64,000 bases of DNA, from positions 11,718,001-11,782,000 of the forward strand of contig JBHGNT010000008.1 in the NCBI GenBank assembly GCA_043228905.1, given 5' to 3'. A program made the position numbers and the translations under genes. Positions 25,157 through 38,638 of the stretch are shown here, piece after piece. How positions within the stretch are numbered: the first letter of the stretch is position 1; each line of letters starts with the position of its first letter. Source of the DNA: Azolla caroliniana. Lineage: Eukaryota > Plantae > Polypodiophyta. Below the pieces are notes generated by a model, which saw nothing but the letters and a program-made list of their open reading frames with translations, was not told the DNA's origin and did not search any database.

Positions 25157-28100
25157 TTATTCACCTTCATCCGAAGGTTCCTCCGATTCTCCCCTTAAGT
25201 CGACTATGAGTTGTAATCCACTTTCTTCGCTTTCCGCATCACCGCGATCTTTGTCCGATTTTTCCTTCTTGTCGGTCTTGTCTAGGATCACATAGGGTTC
25301 TTCATCAGTCCGCTTCATGAAAATCTTCACCCGTTTCCCGGCTATAGGCACTCGTAGCATCGTTCCATCCAACTCATATAGTCAGTAAGTTCCGTTCTCG
25401 AAAACTTTCCGAACCTCGTATGGCCCGAACCACCTTTTCGCGAACTTCTGCATCGTTGTATGTTGATTATCCAAACTACTGTCGTAGACAATCACCCAAT
25501 CTCCTTCTTCAATCTTCCGCGGTCGTAGTTGGTGCTTTGTGTCGAACCGGCTTTTATTCCGGAATCGCGCTTCTTGTTGTCGACGTATTACTTCCGCTAT
25601 GTCTTCCGGTCTTCCCTCTAGTTGTCGTATCCGGACCACTAGTAGTTCTTCCTGACTCATCTCTTCCTTCCACGGTAGCACTGTCCATGTCGCGATCGCA
25701 GTTTCCGTTGGCATTATCGGTGCTTGTCCAGTCATGAGTTCTGTTGGCATGTAACCGGTTACGGAGCTATGCATCATCCGATCCGCCCATAGTGCATACG
25801 GAAGCATCTGCGGCCAATCCTTCACCATTCCATCGCATGCCTTCGCAAGTGCTTTGACGATCGGACTATGTCCTCGTTCGATCTTCCCGTTGGCTTCCGG
25901 ATTGTATGTCGTTGTCAGTATTAACCGAACTCCATGTTTGGTGAAGAATTCCTTAGCTTTATCAGAGTCGAGTTCTCCCCGATCCGCAATCACTTGTCCT
26001 ACGCACCCATACCTACAAAACACCTCCTCCAAAAGAAATTGGCATACTGCAGAACACATGTTCCTTCGTAGCGCCCGACCTTCTACTTGGTTTGTGAGAT
26101 CTTCCTGAGCTAACACCAAGTACTTCTTTTGTCCGATCCCGGTTGGCATGGCTGCAATATTGACCATCCATTTGAAGTTGATTGTCGGTGAGAATGTCGG
26201 ATGTAACTCATCTCGGTGTCTAACTCCAGAGTAGATTTGACACTTCTCGTAGCTTTTCGTGAACTCCGCTATATCTTTGTACATGTTCTTCCACCAATAT
26301 TTTGGTTTGATTTTCACAAAAGTTGCCCATGTTCCTTGATGTCCAGTCCAATCGGATTTGTGAAATTCTGACATTATCCGGTTTCGTTGCTCTTTCGTCT
26401 TGACTACCCGAAGTGGTATGCAATCCGGTCTTTTCGGCCCCCTCCATATTAATCCATTTTTCAAGAAGAACTTTCGGACTTGCCGCTTCTCACTTCGGAT
26501 CTCGGCTCTCTTCTCTTTATTGTCCGATGATTCCTTGATTTCTTGTAGCACTTTCCCAATCAACAAGCTTTCTCCCTCGTATTCTTCTTCCCAGAATTCT
26601 TGGATTATGTTCACCCGACATATGTGCTCCGAAGCAAAGTAGTCTTCGGAAACTTCTTCATTATCGGATTCGTTTATGTCATCTCCGAACCGTGCCCTTG
26701 ATAGCATATCCACTACCGCGTTGTCTTTTCCGGAGATGTGTCGTACCTCCGGATTAAGCGACTTAACATATGCAATCCATCTTAGCATAGCCACATCCAG
26801 TATCGTGCAATACCGCATCATCCCGAGTATCGGAAGACAATCCATTTCGATCACTACTTCGGCTCCAATCAATTAATCTCGATCTGATTTGATTGCCGAC
26901 ACGACTCCCCATAAATCTCTTTTGACTTGTGCATATCCGTGTTGCCTTTCGTTGAGAACCTTTGCTCCGAATCGGATCGGCTTGATTGATGACCCATCCG
27001 ATTCCGATTGGACTTGTGTCAACCGTTACTATGATCGGTTGTTCATAGTTCGGCTTCTTTAGTGCTTTTTCCCTCTGTAGTGATTCTTTGAGCTTCTTCA
27101 CGGCTTTGGTATGCTCTGGTTTCCATTCAAACTTCTTACCCTTCCACAAGAAGTGATAGAGTGGGTCCGCAATATGTGCATGGCGCGGAATCCATATGTG
27201 ATAGAATGCACATGCTCCAAGAAACCTTCGGACTTCGGATTGTGACTCGCATACTTCTTTCATAGCTTGAATCGCATCGATCTTGATTGGTGACGGTCTT
27301 CGGCCGTAGGACCCACATAGATGTCTGACTACCAATATTTCTTCTTGTCCGAATGTCGATTTCTCCCCGGAAAGAGTTAGGTGCACATCTTCTAACTTTA
27401 GAAGCACTTTCTCGCAATCACAAATATGGTCGACTACGAACATTCGGCAGCCCCGATCATCCATAGTTTCATCTTTTTCTTCTACCGCGCATCCTTTCAT
27501 CGGAATGTCATCTAGGAACGACATTGTTATCTCCGGAATGCAATCTCGAAGCACCTTGTTCATCGCGTTCATCATATGTGCAACCGAGTTTGTCGCTCCT
27601 TGTGGTAGCTTACACATCTGGACTAATCCTATCGGTGTTCGCATGGTAGTGATGTCTCAGCTCTCCACGGCTAGTTGGAATTGGTCATACCCCGAGTATA
27701 GGTCTCCGATGGAGTATATCGCTCGACCGGAAAATGCTTCCGTAGATTCGTCCACTATCGGACCAACTCCGGAGTTCCGGATCGTGACTTTGTTCACCGG
27801 TTGCAAGTCTTGGATAAATTGGAGTGACCCATTCTTCTTCGACACCGTAAACCATCGATTCAAGTACGGAGCGTTTCATGTCTCTAGAATCCCCATCGCC
27901 ACTTTCTCCTTGAGCAAGTCGTTGATTTTCGGAATATGCGCCCGTGGCACCGGAATCGGCTTCAGGTTCCACGACACATGGTCAATCGTGAAGATCACCA
28001 TCGGCTCCACTATCTTCGGGTCAACGCATCCTATTTCTTTCGATGTAAATGCAAAAACTCTCCCATGTCACTCTAGCATCCCACGGAATCGTTCTTCTTC

Positions 28101-30707
28101 ATTCTTTAATAGGAACCCAACTCCACTGATCCGAAGTTTCTTCCGGGTCTCATCCATGAAGGCATGTCCGATATCCGTGGACTTCCGAAGTGTCGGATCC
28201 CCCGAGACTTCTTTCCTCTTTATTTCGCTATCGGTGGGTAACGGTCCCGCGACCGGTTTCACTTTCTTCTCCACGGTCTTGTAATTCGTACTTACCATTT
28301 CTTCTTCTTGGCGGAGCGCATCCGACCCCATTTTCACAATGATCTCGTACATCTCGACCGATTCCACCGGAATTACCTGGTTTTCCTGGCTTGTATCTGC
28401 CGTGAACTTTTCAAGCCGTTGTAGCGTGCTCCCATAGAACACTTCTTCGACTATTCCCACGATTTCTTCATCTTCTTTTATTATTGATGTCGACCGTAAC
28501 TTATCCACCACTTTTCGGTATTCTTTCTTCATTCCTCTAGTTACGGCCGTGTACGTAGATGCTCCATTCAGATCGATTCGTACTTGTTTTGCTCTGAGAG
28601 TTTTCTTCCTATGTGGGGTATCAGGGCTTCTCGGACTATCACTTCCCCACTCCGCAACAGTCCACTCTAAAAATCCATCCTTGTTTGGGACGAGCTCTCT
28701 CTTGTTCCTTTCATGATTTTCCGACACCGTTAGGAATTGGATGGATTTCCCTCCGTTTTGGCTCCGAATTCGTGCAAAAGCCGCACCACTATCGAGCAAC
28801 TTCGTCTCCATCCATGAAGCCATGATAAAGGGTTGCCCGAGGATCACGGAGTGTGAAAACTTGTCTTGTATGAAGAAATTTTGGTCGATCTCGATATCCC
28901 CGATCTTCACCGTCACATCCGGACAAGCCGCAAATAGATCTTCCGTTGCTTCAGTGGCCGCCCGAATCTTCCATCCATGATTGGTGTTAATAGGCCACTT
29001 CCCCTTCTAGTAGAACTCCTTAGACATCAAATTGATCTCTGATCCATGATCAATCAATGCTAGCACGGGCTCTTTGATGTTGCGGATTTGGACTGGAGTT
29101 TCGGTAGTTGCACGCACCTAGTGTGGCTTTGTATAGTGGGAATTCGGAATCTCCTCCTCCACTTCGGTGTCGTTCATCAGAACGGTATTTGCATTCACCA
29201 TCGGCACATTTTCCTCCGTAGTTTGTCTTTTTCTTTTTACGTGATCCACAAGAAGATCATGGAACTCCTTTTTCTCTATTCCGAGTAATTCCCGAAGCGA
29301 AAATTCTACCCGGCTATCGAGGATTCTCTTTTCGAACACCTTTTTCAAGTCTGTTTGTTGTTCAATGTCCGAGGCGAGCTTGAATGCCGGAATCGCCTTT
29401 TCTTTTCCCTTCCCTCTGGAGTTCCAGCTTTCCGGTGTCTTTGATGGTCCGACCGCATCATCCGTGCGCTGTCGTTTTTCATCCACATACACTTCATGCA
29501 ATTGACAAAGGGCGTATACGTTATTCTTATCGATGGGGCACTCCCATCCCGTAGCGTCCTGGATGCCTTCCGCGGTGCTTCGGATCTCGTTGGAGTTGGT
29601 TTTCTCGGTGTTTTCTAGCACTTCCGCCCAAAAAGACACCTTTGCTCCCGATGACTCCCCGACATGTATTCCCGCGGTTGTCGCGTAATTGCTCTTGGCT
29701 GCTATTTCCTCCTCTAGGACCTTCTTCATGATGCCTTTTCGGAAGTTCGGTTGGAGCGGCTTCCGAGAGTCCATCGAATGAATCTGAATTCCCTCGTAGT
29801 AGATAAGATCCCATCGTAACGCTTCGTTGTGCTCGTCGCAATCCCTCCGATCATGTTCGGTCCTATCGCACCATATGCACCGACGGTCCATATACTTGGA
29901 ACTTGTGGGACGGTCATCCGACTTCTTCACCATCACAATTTTCAGATTCTCCATCTCCTTCAACAACTGCTCCACCGTAGTTGTGTCAATTCCCTTCTCG
30001 ATCGTAGCTTCCCGAGCCCGCGGTTGATGGTCTTCCGATCCGGATCTCGGTTACAGAATCGGTTCCGAAACCCTCTTTTCTTCGTTGGCAATCCATTGCC
30101 CCCTCTTTGTGTATCACGCGATGATAGCCCGCACGCTTTCCCATGTTTCGGTGAGGCCGCTCTCGGTAGTCATGTCCTCTAGAAGCACTCCAAGATCCTT
30201 CCGGTCTCGGACGTCTACGGCTCGTAAGAACATGATAACTTTGTCCGGTGCGAAGATAGCTTGATCTCTCGCAGACAACCTCCCGAACCGACTTTCGAAT
30301 GCTGAAAAACACATCGAGGACCTTCATCCCCTTGTCCAACGTTTCCACCCAATCCTCGAATCCTCTCCGCGTTGCTTTGGAGGAGTCCTCGATAGGGAAC
30401 GTGGTCTGTTGCGCCTCTTCAAACACTTCCTATGTCAGATTTTGTTGTTGTAGCCCATGGATACTTGCTTGAAGCCCGTCGGTAGCCACCCGGTTGAAGG
30501 ATGTCACTTGCAGTCCTTTCGAAATTCTACACCGTAGCATTTCCACCTTGTATTCCCGAAGATAGCGTGATACGTCCTTTCCGTTGAATTGCCTAATCCG
30601 TTGCACGAGCTACTCTACTGCCGCCGCTATCTCTGACATCGCACGTTGTTCTTGAAGCATCCGCTCGAACATCATGATCATGTTGTTGGCCTCTAGTTGA
30701 TTTTCCA
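25157..30707 (-). pseudogene. G3 gag-pol, fragmented
   Basis: ORFs 30610-30707, 29118-29975, 28068-28916, 27657-27863, 26763-27644, 25382-26872 and 25157-25372. Confidence 0.9.
28613..28676 (-). other. G3 counterpart of the -1 frameshift site and pseudoknot
   Basis: Minus strand GGATTTTTAG, stem GGACTGTT/GATAGTCC with G-U pairs, loop GTGGGG pairing with downstream CCCCAC. Confidence 0.65.
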
Positions 30708-31357
30708 TCTCCTTACCACCTGTTTTCACGTCGGGTTCACCAATTGTGTCGTGCCTTTCGGCTCCGGATCGTTGCGTGAGTCGGGCGGGAACCACTGAGG
30801 TTTTGGACTAGGAGAAAAGGAAAATCTTAGGCAATGAAGAATATGAAATATGTTGTAAGAAAGAAAGATATGAAAAACTCGTGAATCCCACAAGTATAGT
30901 GTATTAATTGATACTTAGAATGTAAGAGAGAAAATATATGGCAAAATCATGAATCCCACGAATATTTTTTTTATTAATCAATCCTTGTAAAAATAATCAA
31001 CAACCCCCCATACATCTTTCTCTCCTCCTTATATAAGGATGGGAGAGGCGATGCATAGCTTCATGCTTTTTCTAAAGTGTTCACGCACACTAAATGTGCA
31101 TGAGTTGCCTTTTTACACTATGCTTTTATTTCCTAAATATAGTGCTCATGCTCGCTAGATGTGCACGAGTCATTTTTTATTGGTGTACATTTTTCTTATA
31201 AATAAAGTATTCACGCATTCTAAAAAATGCATGACTTACCTTTTGATAAAGGTAGGCGTAAATAAAGGTCTTATATGTAATAAATCTATATTTGGTAAGG
31301 TTGGGGTTTGTCTACATGGAGGTACAGGGTTTCAATCTTGCCCTATGTATGTAATAT

Positions 31358-32123
31358 TTGAGATGCAATCTACCTGTAGTTGGCATCACTTCACAATTTA
31401 GCTTGAAGTAGTTTTTCATGCAACCAATAGCATGTCGTGCACCTGCACCCTTCATACTTGGAACATCAATATCACAAACGACACTAACATCCCTGTTAAG
31501 AAGTCAATGTTGCACTCTCTGTAACCTCATGTTACTAACAGATAGCGATATTTTTAATGCAACTCTACAACATTGTAGTGCATAGAAGATATAATACTCA
31601 AATGAGATAGAGATGTTCGAAGATTTGTTTGCATGTGTGTTGTAAGGTAAGTGTCTTGCTCATCACCAGGTAGTGAAAAATAGTAACACCTTAATTCATG
31701 CAACTTATCCTTTCCAAGCATGGACATGCAACCACGAGCACAACATGATTTTTTGACATCTATTTCGAGTTGCTTATCTAATGTCACTACGTCAAACCCC
31801 GCTCGGCGTATTCTATGTGGAATTCTCCTAACTTGCATAAGTCTTGACGATTTATTCTCTTTCCCATAAACTGTTGTAACCATATTGGAGACAAGAATGT
31901 CATTGTGTGCCTGAACCTCAATCAGTTTGGACATTTGATTGGCCTTTCCTTCACAGTCCCTATCATCATTGTAGTCATACTCTTCGATAGAGAACTCTTG
32001 AGATGGCTCGATATTCCTTGGAGTAAGAGGAGAAGTTAATCTCACACAATATTCCTCCATTGAGAAAGGTGACCCTTTTGATAAAGAATACTCGTCTACG
32101 GAAAATAGTGAGTTTTGACTCAT
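31358..32123 (-). pseudogene. Sola-like transposase N-terminal part
   Basis: ORF from ATG 32123 (MSQNS...KSCCARGC...YYFSL), then frameshifted MKNYFKLNCEVMPTTGRLHL, which continues across G3. Confidence 0.6.
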
Positions 32124-32797
32124 AGCTGCAATCCCAAAAGTGTCTCTCTTTATGTTGATCTCTTGTTCAAAATAGAGCTTACAACTAATAAAAAACTTCC
32201 TTGTAATATAAATTATGTATAAAAAATAGTAAATATTATATATAAATATAAAGGTATACATTAATTATTTTTAGACACTACTAGTACCTAACTATCTTGC
32301 ACTTGTAAGTACATATATATATCACACTAGTAGTACCTAACTAACTTGCTTTTGTAAGTACATATATTAAATCTTACAAGTACGTACTAACTCTAACTAT
32401 CTTGCCATTATTTCACCTAATAAGTGTAACTAACTAACTTACTTTAACCAACTGACTAACTATACTTCACCTCCTATTAATTGTAGTTAAGTTACCTAAA
32501 CCATGGTCAAAGTCCCCTATAAATAGCTCAGCCTCCTCATTTTAAGGAGCATACAGACCGCACGGAGCACGCAACCAACTTTCACAACTATCTCACGATC
32601 CTCAAGCTTACCTCGGGCATCTACACACACCATGTGAAGCAAGAAAGCCAAACGTTTCGAATCTAGGTATGCTCCTGGATTGTATGGCAGTTTACAACCC
32701 CCCCCTTACTTGGTCTAGAGCATGGACATAGTGTGGAAATTTTCCACACTATCTCGATGCCATGCATCAAGTAATATTAAACTTCTAAATTTAAACA

Positions 32798-33160
32798 CCA
32801 ACTCGATACAATGTATCGAGTTGGGGTTTAAAGTTTTTCATTTCAAATGCCAACTCGATACAATGTATTGAGTTGGCGTTTAAAAGGGATACTTTAAACA
32901 TCAAATCAATACCATGTATCGAGTTAGTGTTTAAAGTCTCCCTTTTATACCCCAACTCGATACATACAATGTATCGAGTTGGTGTACCAAACGAGGACAC
33001 TATATTTGGGGTATAAAAGAGAGACTTTAAACACCAACTCAATACATTGTATCAAGTTGGGGTATAAAAGAGAGACTTTAAACACCAACTCCATACATTG
33101 TATCAAGTTGGCGTTTAAAATGGAGTCTTTAAACACCAACTCGATACAATGTATCAAGTT
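32798..33160. repeat. About 7 copies of a ~27-bp palindrome CCAACTCGATACA-n-TGTATCGAGTTGG, period mostly ~51-53 bp
   Basis: Copies near 32798, 32851, 32903, 32952, 33034, 33085 and 33136, with similar linkers (AAAGAGAGACTTTAAACA). Confidence 0.9.
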
Positions 33161-33179
33161 CTTGTATAAAAAGTGTTGG

Positions 33180-33303
33180 GAAAATAGATCCCTCCGGATG
33201 GGAAGATTACGAGCCGAATCGAATTGAGAGTCGATAGGAAATTTCCTGTTGACTCTCTATTCGATTTAGCTCGCACTCTTCCCATCTAAAGGAACCTATT
33301 TTC
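33180..33303. repeat. 124-bp imperfect inverted repeat (fold-back)
   Basis: GAAAATAGATCCCTCCGGATGGGAAGA...GATAGGAA pairs with TTCCTGTTG...TCTTCCCATCTAAAGGAACCTATTTTC; ~60-bp arms, almost no loop. Confidence 0.85.
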
Positions 33304-33314
33304 GAATAGTATTA

Positions 33315-35015
33315 GTCTTCCGAAAGATCGTAAGGCTGAGGTATCAGGATGGCTCGAGCATGGTAGGGCACCTGAACGCCTTCCAAGGACTAATAAACCA
33401 AATCGCCTCTTTAGAAGTACCTCTTGCTAATGAGGTATTAGCATTATTGTTGCTAGGATCCCTCCGAATAGCTGGGAGATGCTCGTTGTCACATTAGGCA
33501 ACGCCGGACTAGAAGGGAAGCATCTATCCCTAGAGCAGGTGAAGTCGAGCTTACTAAACGAGGAAGCTCGCCGGAAGGACAGGGAGTTCATTGCCGACCC
33601 CAAGGCCTTAGTCACAGAAGGTGACATGGATCGAGGAAGAGGCCGAAATCGAAGTCCCCAAAATCGGGAGGAATTGGGGACGAGGTCAACGTAGAGGGGG
33701 AGGCCCACATGCTTCTATTGCAAGAAGCCAGGGCACTTCTAGAGAAATTGCCGAGACTTTTGAAAAGAGAAAGGGGGAGTTGATGGTATAGAGCCAAAGA
33801 AGATTCTGAACAAAAGGAACACCTCAACAATCGCTACAAGTGAAGAGGAGTCGTTGTTCATTAATGAACAAAATGAAGTTAACCTCGCCGGCGAAGAATC
33901 AACATGGGTGGTCGATTCGGGTGCATCATTCCACCTGACTACCGACAGAGGATGCCTCTCATCGTACACATCTGGTGATCACAGTTTTGTGAAGATGGGA
34001 AATGAAGGAGCATGCCAAATAGTGGGCATTGGAGATGTGTGTTTGGTAACGTCGACTGGGTGTCAACTAGTGTTGAAGACTATTCGACACATTCCAGTGG
34101 TTTGACTAAACCTAATATCAATCAATCAGCTGGATGACGAAGGCTACATAGGTTGTATCCGGAATGGCGTCATGAAGTTCTGCAAGGGGAGCTTGATTAT
34201 GGCCCGAGCCTAGAAAACCAACACACTATATTTGATGCATGCTCGATTATGCTGAGAGGAAGTGAATGTGGTAGCTAACATAGTTTTTGAGCTATGGTAT
34301 AGGAGGTTGTGTCACATGAGCGAGGGATGCGGAGACTTGCCAATGATAACCTCATTTCAAAGGTGAAGAACGTGCATATGGAGAAGTGCACTCAGTGCTT
34401 GGCCGGCAAGAAAAATAAAACCTCTTTCCGAACTAGGCCCCTGATGAGGAAGAGAATATCGTTGGAACTCGTGCATACCGACGTATGTTATGTGAACTCA
34501 AAGTCTCATGCTGCTTCGCAGTACTTTGTGACCTTCATAGATGACTATAGTTGGAAGTTCTGGCCTTCCATCTCGAAAATAAAGGACCAAGTGTTATCCG
34601 CTTTCAAGGAGTTCCAAGCGAGAGCTGAGAGAGAAACCGGCTGAAAACTGAATGCAGTCCGAGAGACAATTTCGGTAAATGTCGTGGGAAATTCGAAGAG
34701 TATTATTGAACTCAAGGTATTCGGCTCGAGTACACAATACTGAAAACTCCAGAGTTGAACGGGCTAGCCGAGAGGATGAATCCGACCCATAATGGAGAGG
34801 TCCAAAGTATGTTAGCACATTCCAAGTTGTTCAAGACATGCTGGGATGAGGCACTGATGACAACAACGTACATGATAAATAGATCACCCTCAACGCCCTT
34901 GGACGGAGATGTTCCATAGAAAGTATGGACCGGCAAAGACGTGTCGTACCGACACCTGAGGGTGTATGGTTGTCTTGCCTACGTGGATGTGGCTAAGGAC
35001 CAAAGGGGAAAATTA
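33315..35015 (+). pseudogene. Copia B internal fragment (gag, protease, integrase), Tnt1-like
   Basis: WVVDSGASFHL, LELVHTDVC, YFVTFIDDYS, PELNGLAERMN, INRSPS. No LTRs visible. Confidence 0.85.
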
Positions 35016-35039
35016 GGTTTTCACTTTTATAGTTTACCT

Positions 35040-36022
35040 TAAACATTCATACCCCTCATATATATACATTAATTTTACATACACATACATACATATTACA
35101 AACAAACATCCACACACATATATGCATACACATACAAATATACATACATTACATATTACATATATACACATATGTACATTCATATATCCATTCATTCATG
35201 TTTATTTTTTTATTTAAGAATATATTCTGTCATTAGTGTAACCATTTTTACAACATTTAAATTCTATGTGATTGGGAGGGGAAACAACCATTCATTCATG
35301 TTTATTCATGCAAGCATACATATTTTATGCATATATTACATATATATATTCATTCATTCATACATGCATACATTACGTGCAAATACATACATACATACAT
35401 ACATACATACATACATACATACATACATACATACTAAACATAACATTCAAACATTCATGTACGAATGTGCATGTGTATGCATATGTCACGTAGATCATGT
35501 ATGAATATGTATATCCATGCACGAATGTACATATGTGTATGCATATATGTAATGTATGTATGTATGTGTATGCATATATGCATATGTAAATGTACATGAT
35601 TCAATCTATATGGATGTGTGATTGTAATATGTACATAATATCTATGTATATATCTAATGTATATATGTGTATGTATATGTAGTAATGTATAAATGAATAT
35701 ATGTATGTCCATGTACGAATGTACATATGTGTATGCATATATCCATATGTAATTTATCTGTGTATGTATGTGTATTCATATATCCATATGACAACGTACA
35801 TGATTCAATGTGTATGGATGTGTGTGTGATTGTAATATGTGCATAATATTTATGTATATATCTAATGTATGTATATGTAGCAATGTATAAATGAATATAG
35901 GTATGTCTATGTACAAATGTACATATGTGCATGCATATGTAATGTATGTATGTGTATGCATATATCCATATGTAATGTATGTTGTGTATGCATATATCCA
36001 TATGTATTGTATGTATGTATGT

Positions 36023-36062
<40 letters not shown>

Positions 36063-36071
36063 ATGTATGTA

Positions 36072-36112
<41 letters not shown>

Positions 36113-36343
36113 GTGTAGGTGTATGCATATATCCATATGTCAATGTACATGATTCAATGTGTATGGATGTGTGTGTGATTGTAATATGTGCATAATATTT
36201 ATGTATATATCTAATGTATGTATATGTAGCAATGTATAAATGAATATAGGTATGTCTATGTACAAATGTACATATGTGCATGCATATGTAATGTATGTTG
36301 TGTATGCATATATCCATATGTATTGTATGTATGTATGTATGTA

Positions 36344-36380
<37 letters not shown>

Positions 36381-36399
36381 ATGTATGTATGTATGTATG

Positions 36400-36438
<39 letters not shown>

Positions 36439-36455
36439 ATGTATGTATGTATGTA

Positions 36456-36486
<31 letters not shown>

Positions 36487-36740
36487 AGGTGTAGGTGTAT
36501 GCATATATCCATATGTCAATGTACATGATTCAATGTGTATGGATGTGTGTGTGATTGTAATATGTGCATAATATTTATGTATATATCTAATGTATGTATA
36601 TGTAGCAATGTATAAATGAATATAGGTATGTCTATGTACAAATGTACATATGTGCATGCATATGTAATGTATGTATGTGTATGCATATATCCATATGTAA
36701 TGTATGTTGTGTATGCATATATCCATATGTATTGTATGTA

Positions 36741-36779
<39 letters not shown>

Positions 36780-38638
36780 GTGTAGGTGTATGCATATATC
36801 CATATGTCAATGTACATGACTCAATGTATATGAATGTGTGATTGTAATATATGCATATGCAATGTATGTATGTGCATGCATGAATGTACATATACATGTA
36901 TTATGTATATATGTAATATGTAATGTATGTATGTTTGTATGTGTATAGTGTATGTCATATGTATATATGCATACATGAGTGTGTGGATGTTTGTTCGTAA
37001 TATTTATGTATATATGTATGTATTGTAGTTTGTGATGATATGTATGTACATATGCAACATATGTATGTATCTGTATGTAACATATTTATGTGTATGCATG
37101 TATGTAATGTATGTATATATGTATATATGTGTATGGATGTATGCTTGTAAAACTTATAACATTGTAGGCATATGTACGTATATATATGGTGATATGTGGA
37201 ATGCGTATGTATGTATGTGTATGCATATATGTATCTGTCAATATACATGATTAAATGAGTATGAATGTGTTTGGAATATATGCATAAGATCAATTTCTTC
37301 CAATATTCTGTACAGTTGGGAAGACATGTACTTTCAGATACACGTGATGTGGTACCAGCTGCATCTCAATATTGGAATCAACAAGGTATTACTCCCCAAT
37401 TCCTTGCAAAATTCTGGGCTATCTTATGGGCAAGAAAACAGCAACACAAAATATTACATGTACAGTGGTTAGTTGTACACAAGGCGTTGCCGGTTGGCAC
37501 ATGGTTGCATAGGATGGGAGTGTCTTCATGTTGTACTCGATGTCATTTACAAACGGAAACTCAAAAACATTGTTTATGGGAATGCATTGATTCTCAACAG
37601 ATATGGCAACGGCTCCTTAGAATTTTCGCTAATTATTTTCCCCCGTTGGTTCTCACTTGGGGCATGGTCGTTTGGACATCACTTGCCCGTGATGTGTTCC
37701 ATTATGGCATCGAATCTATGGACCATGGGTTTTACACTAAAAATGGAAGTGTTCGTACATTATCACTGATGTCATTACAATTTTCAGGAGTAAGGAAGGA
37801 AGTTCAGCCAATATGGGAGATATTGAGTAGTACCACTGTCTATCACATTTGGAAAGCTCGGTGTTCTCTCGTTTTCCATAATCTGAAAACACCACCTGCT
37901 GAAGTGATTTCAAATATTTGGTTAGAGATAGTTCATGCTTTGAAGGGTCAATGGGATGGTATAGTGGGAGATTCTGATGCTAAAATTGCTCAACGGCATG
38001 AGTTTCTTATTATCTGGACAGCTACTCCATTTGTGACATCCAGGTACACAACTCCTTATTGGCATTTTCAGCCACCGAAATGGTTGTTTCCCCCGCCGAT
38101 TAGATAGAGGTTTAAAATCTTGTAATTTGTTTATACTAATGACAGGATATCTTCTTAAAAAAAAAAAAAAAAAAAAAAAAGATGTATGCATATATCCAAT
38201 GTATGTATATGTATGTGTGTATGTGGTCATATGTATGTAAATGTATGAATGTATGTATGCGTATATATGTAATGTATTTATGTATGTATATTTTTGGGAT
38301 ATTTTCATGTTTAGTATGTATATGGTTCGTATATGGATGTATGTTTGTAATATGTACATAATATGCATATATATATCCAATGTATGTCTAAGTATACATA
38401 TACCTAATGTGTGTGTGTATGTAAGTATTGTGGTTTGTATGGTCCAGTATAATCTATATATATGGTGATATGTGGAATATGTATTTACATATGAAATATA
38501 TCTATATATGTATGTGTAAATTTGTATATTGTGTAATAGGTATGGATTATATGCTATGTAATATCTAATTTATTTATGTGTGTGTGCACGTGTATACATA
38601 TGTAACTTGTTTGTAAGTATGAAGATTTGTATACATAT
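35040..38638. repeat. Low-complexity (CATA/TATG/TG)n tract with ~200-380-bp higher-order units; continues at 45388-46066 and 59917-60125
   Basis: Block TGTACATGATTCAATGTGTATGGATGTGTG recurs near 35590, 35795, 36143, 36520 and 36811 with variable microsatellite lengths. 45585-45735 is repeated at ~59963-60110. Confidence 0.9.
37291..38180 (+). mobile_element. 5'-truncated LINE (L1-like ORF2 C-terminus with zf-RVT) with poly(A) tail
   Basis: ORF to 38107 with CTRC...ETQKHCLWEC and YHIWKARC. A24 tail at 38157-38180; possible short TSD AAGAT. Confidence 0.85.

Larger units (their letters stand above)
24369..31357 (-). mobile_element. Ty3/Gypsy element G3 (G1 family): 3' LTR 24369-25100, 5' LTR 30747-~31357 (outer end deleted), tRNA-Trp PBS 30725-30742
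   Basis: Near-identical LTRs starting TGTCGTGCC, preceded by ACGT. Gag knuckle CIWCDRTEHDRRDC, protease IDHGSEIN, RT FLDD, integrase ORF 25382-26872. Confidence 0.92.
22571..33310 (-). mobile_element. Decayed Sola1-like DDD DNA transposon, split by G3; termini uncertain
   Basis: Transposase motifs (I)NGMD, QLDNTARENKN and FLLVGHTHDHIDQ in 23554-24126. N-terminal part in 31358-32123 (KSCCARGC, EVMPTTGRLHL) joins REVYDAY at 24368. Palindromic repeats lie upstream. Confidence 0.65.

Noticed and set aside
27505-28284. 259-aa plus-strand ORF and similar antisense ORFs such as 14129-14623
   Set aside because: They are antisense shadows of retroelement gag-pol with no recognisable motifs.
32798-33160. 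CRISPR-like array of palindromic repeats with spacers
   Set aside because: The linkers resemble each other rather than being unique spacers, there are no cas genes, and the context is eukaryotic.
35172-37293. Many His/Thr/Tyr/Ile- or Val/Cys/Met-rich ORFs
   Set aside because: They are translations of (CATA)n and (TG)n low-complexity DNA in all frames.
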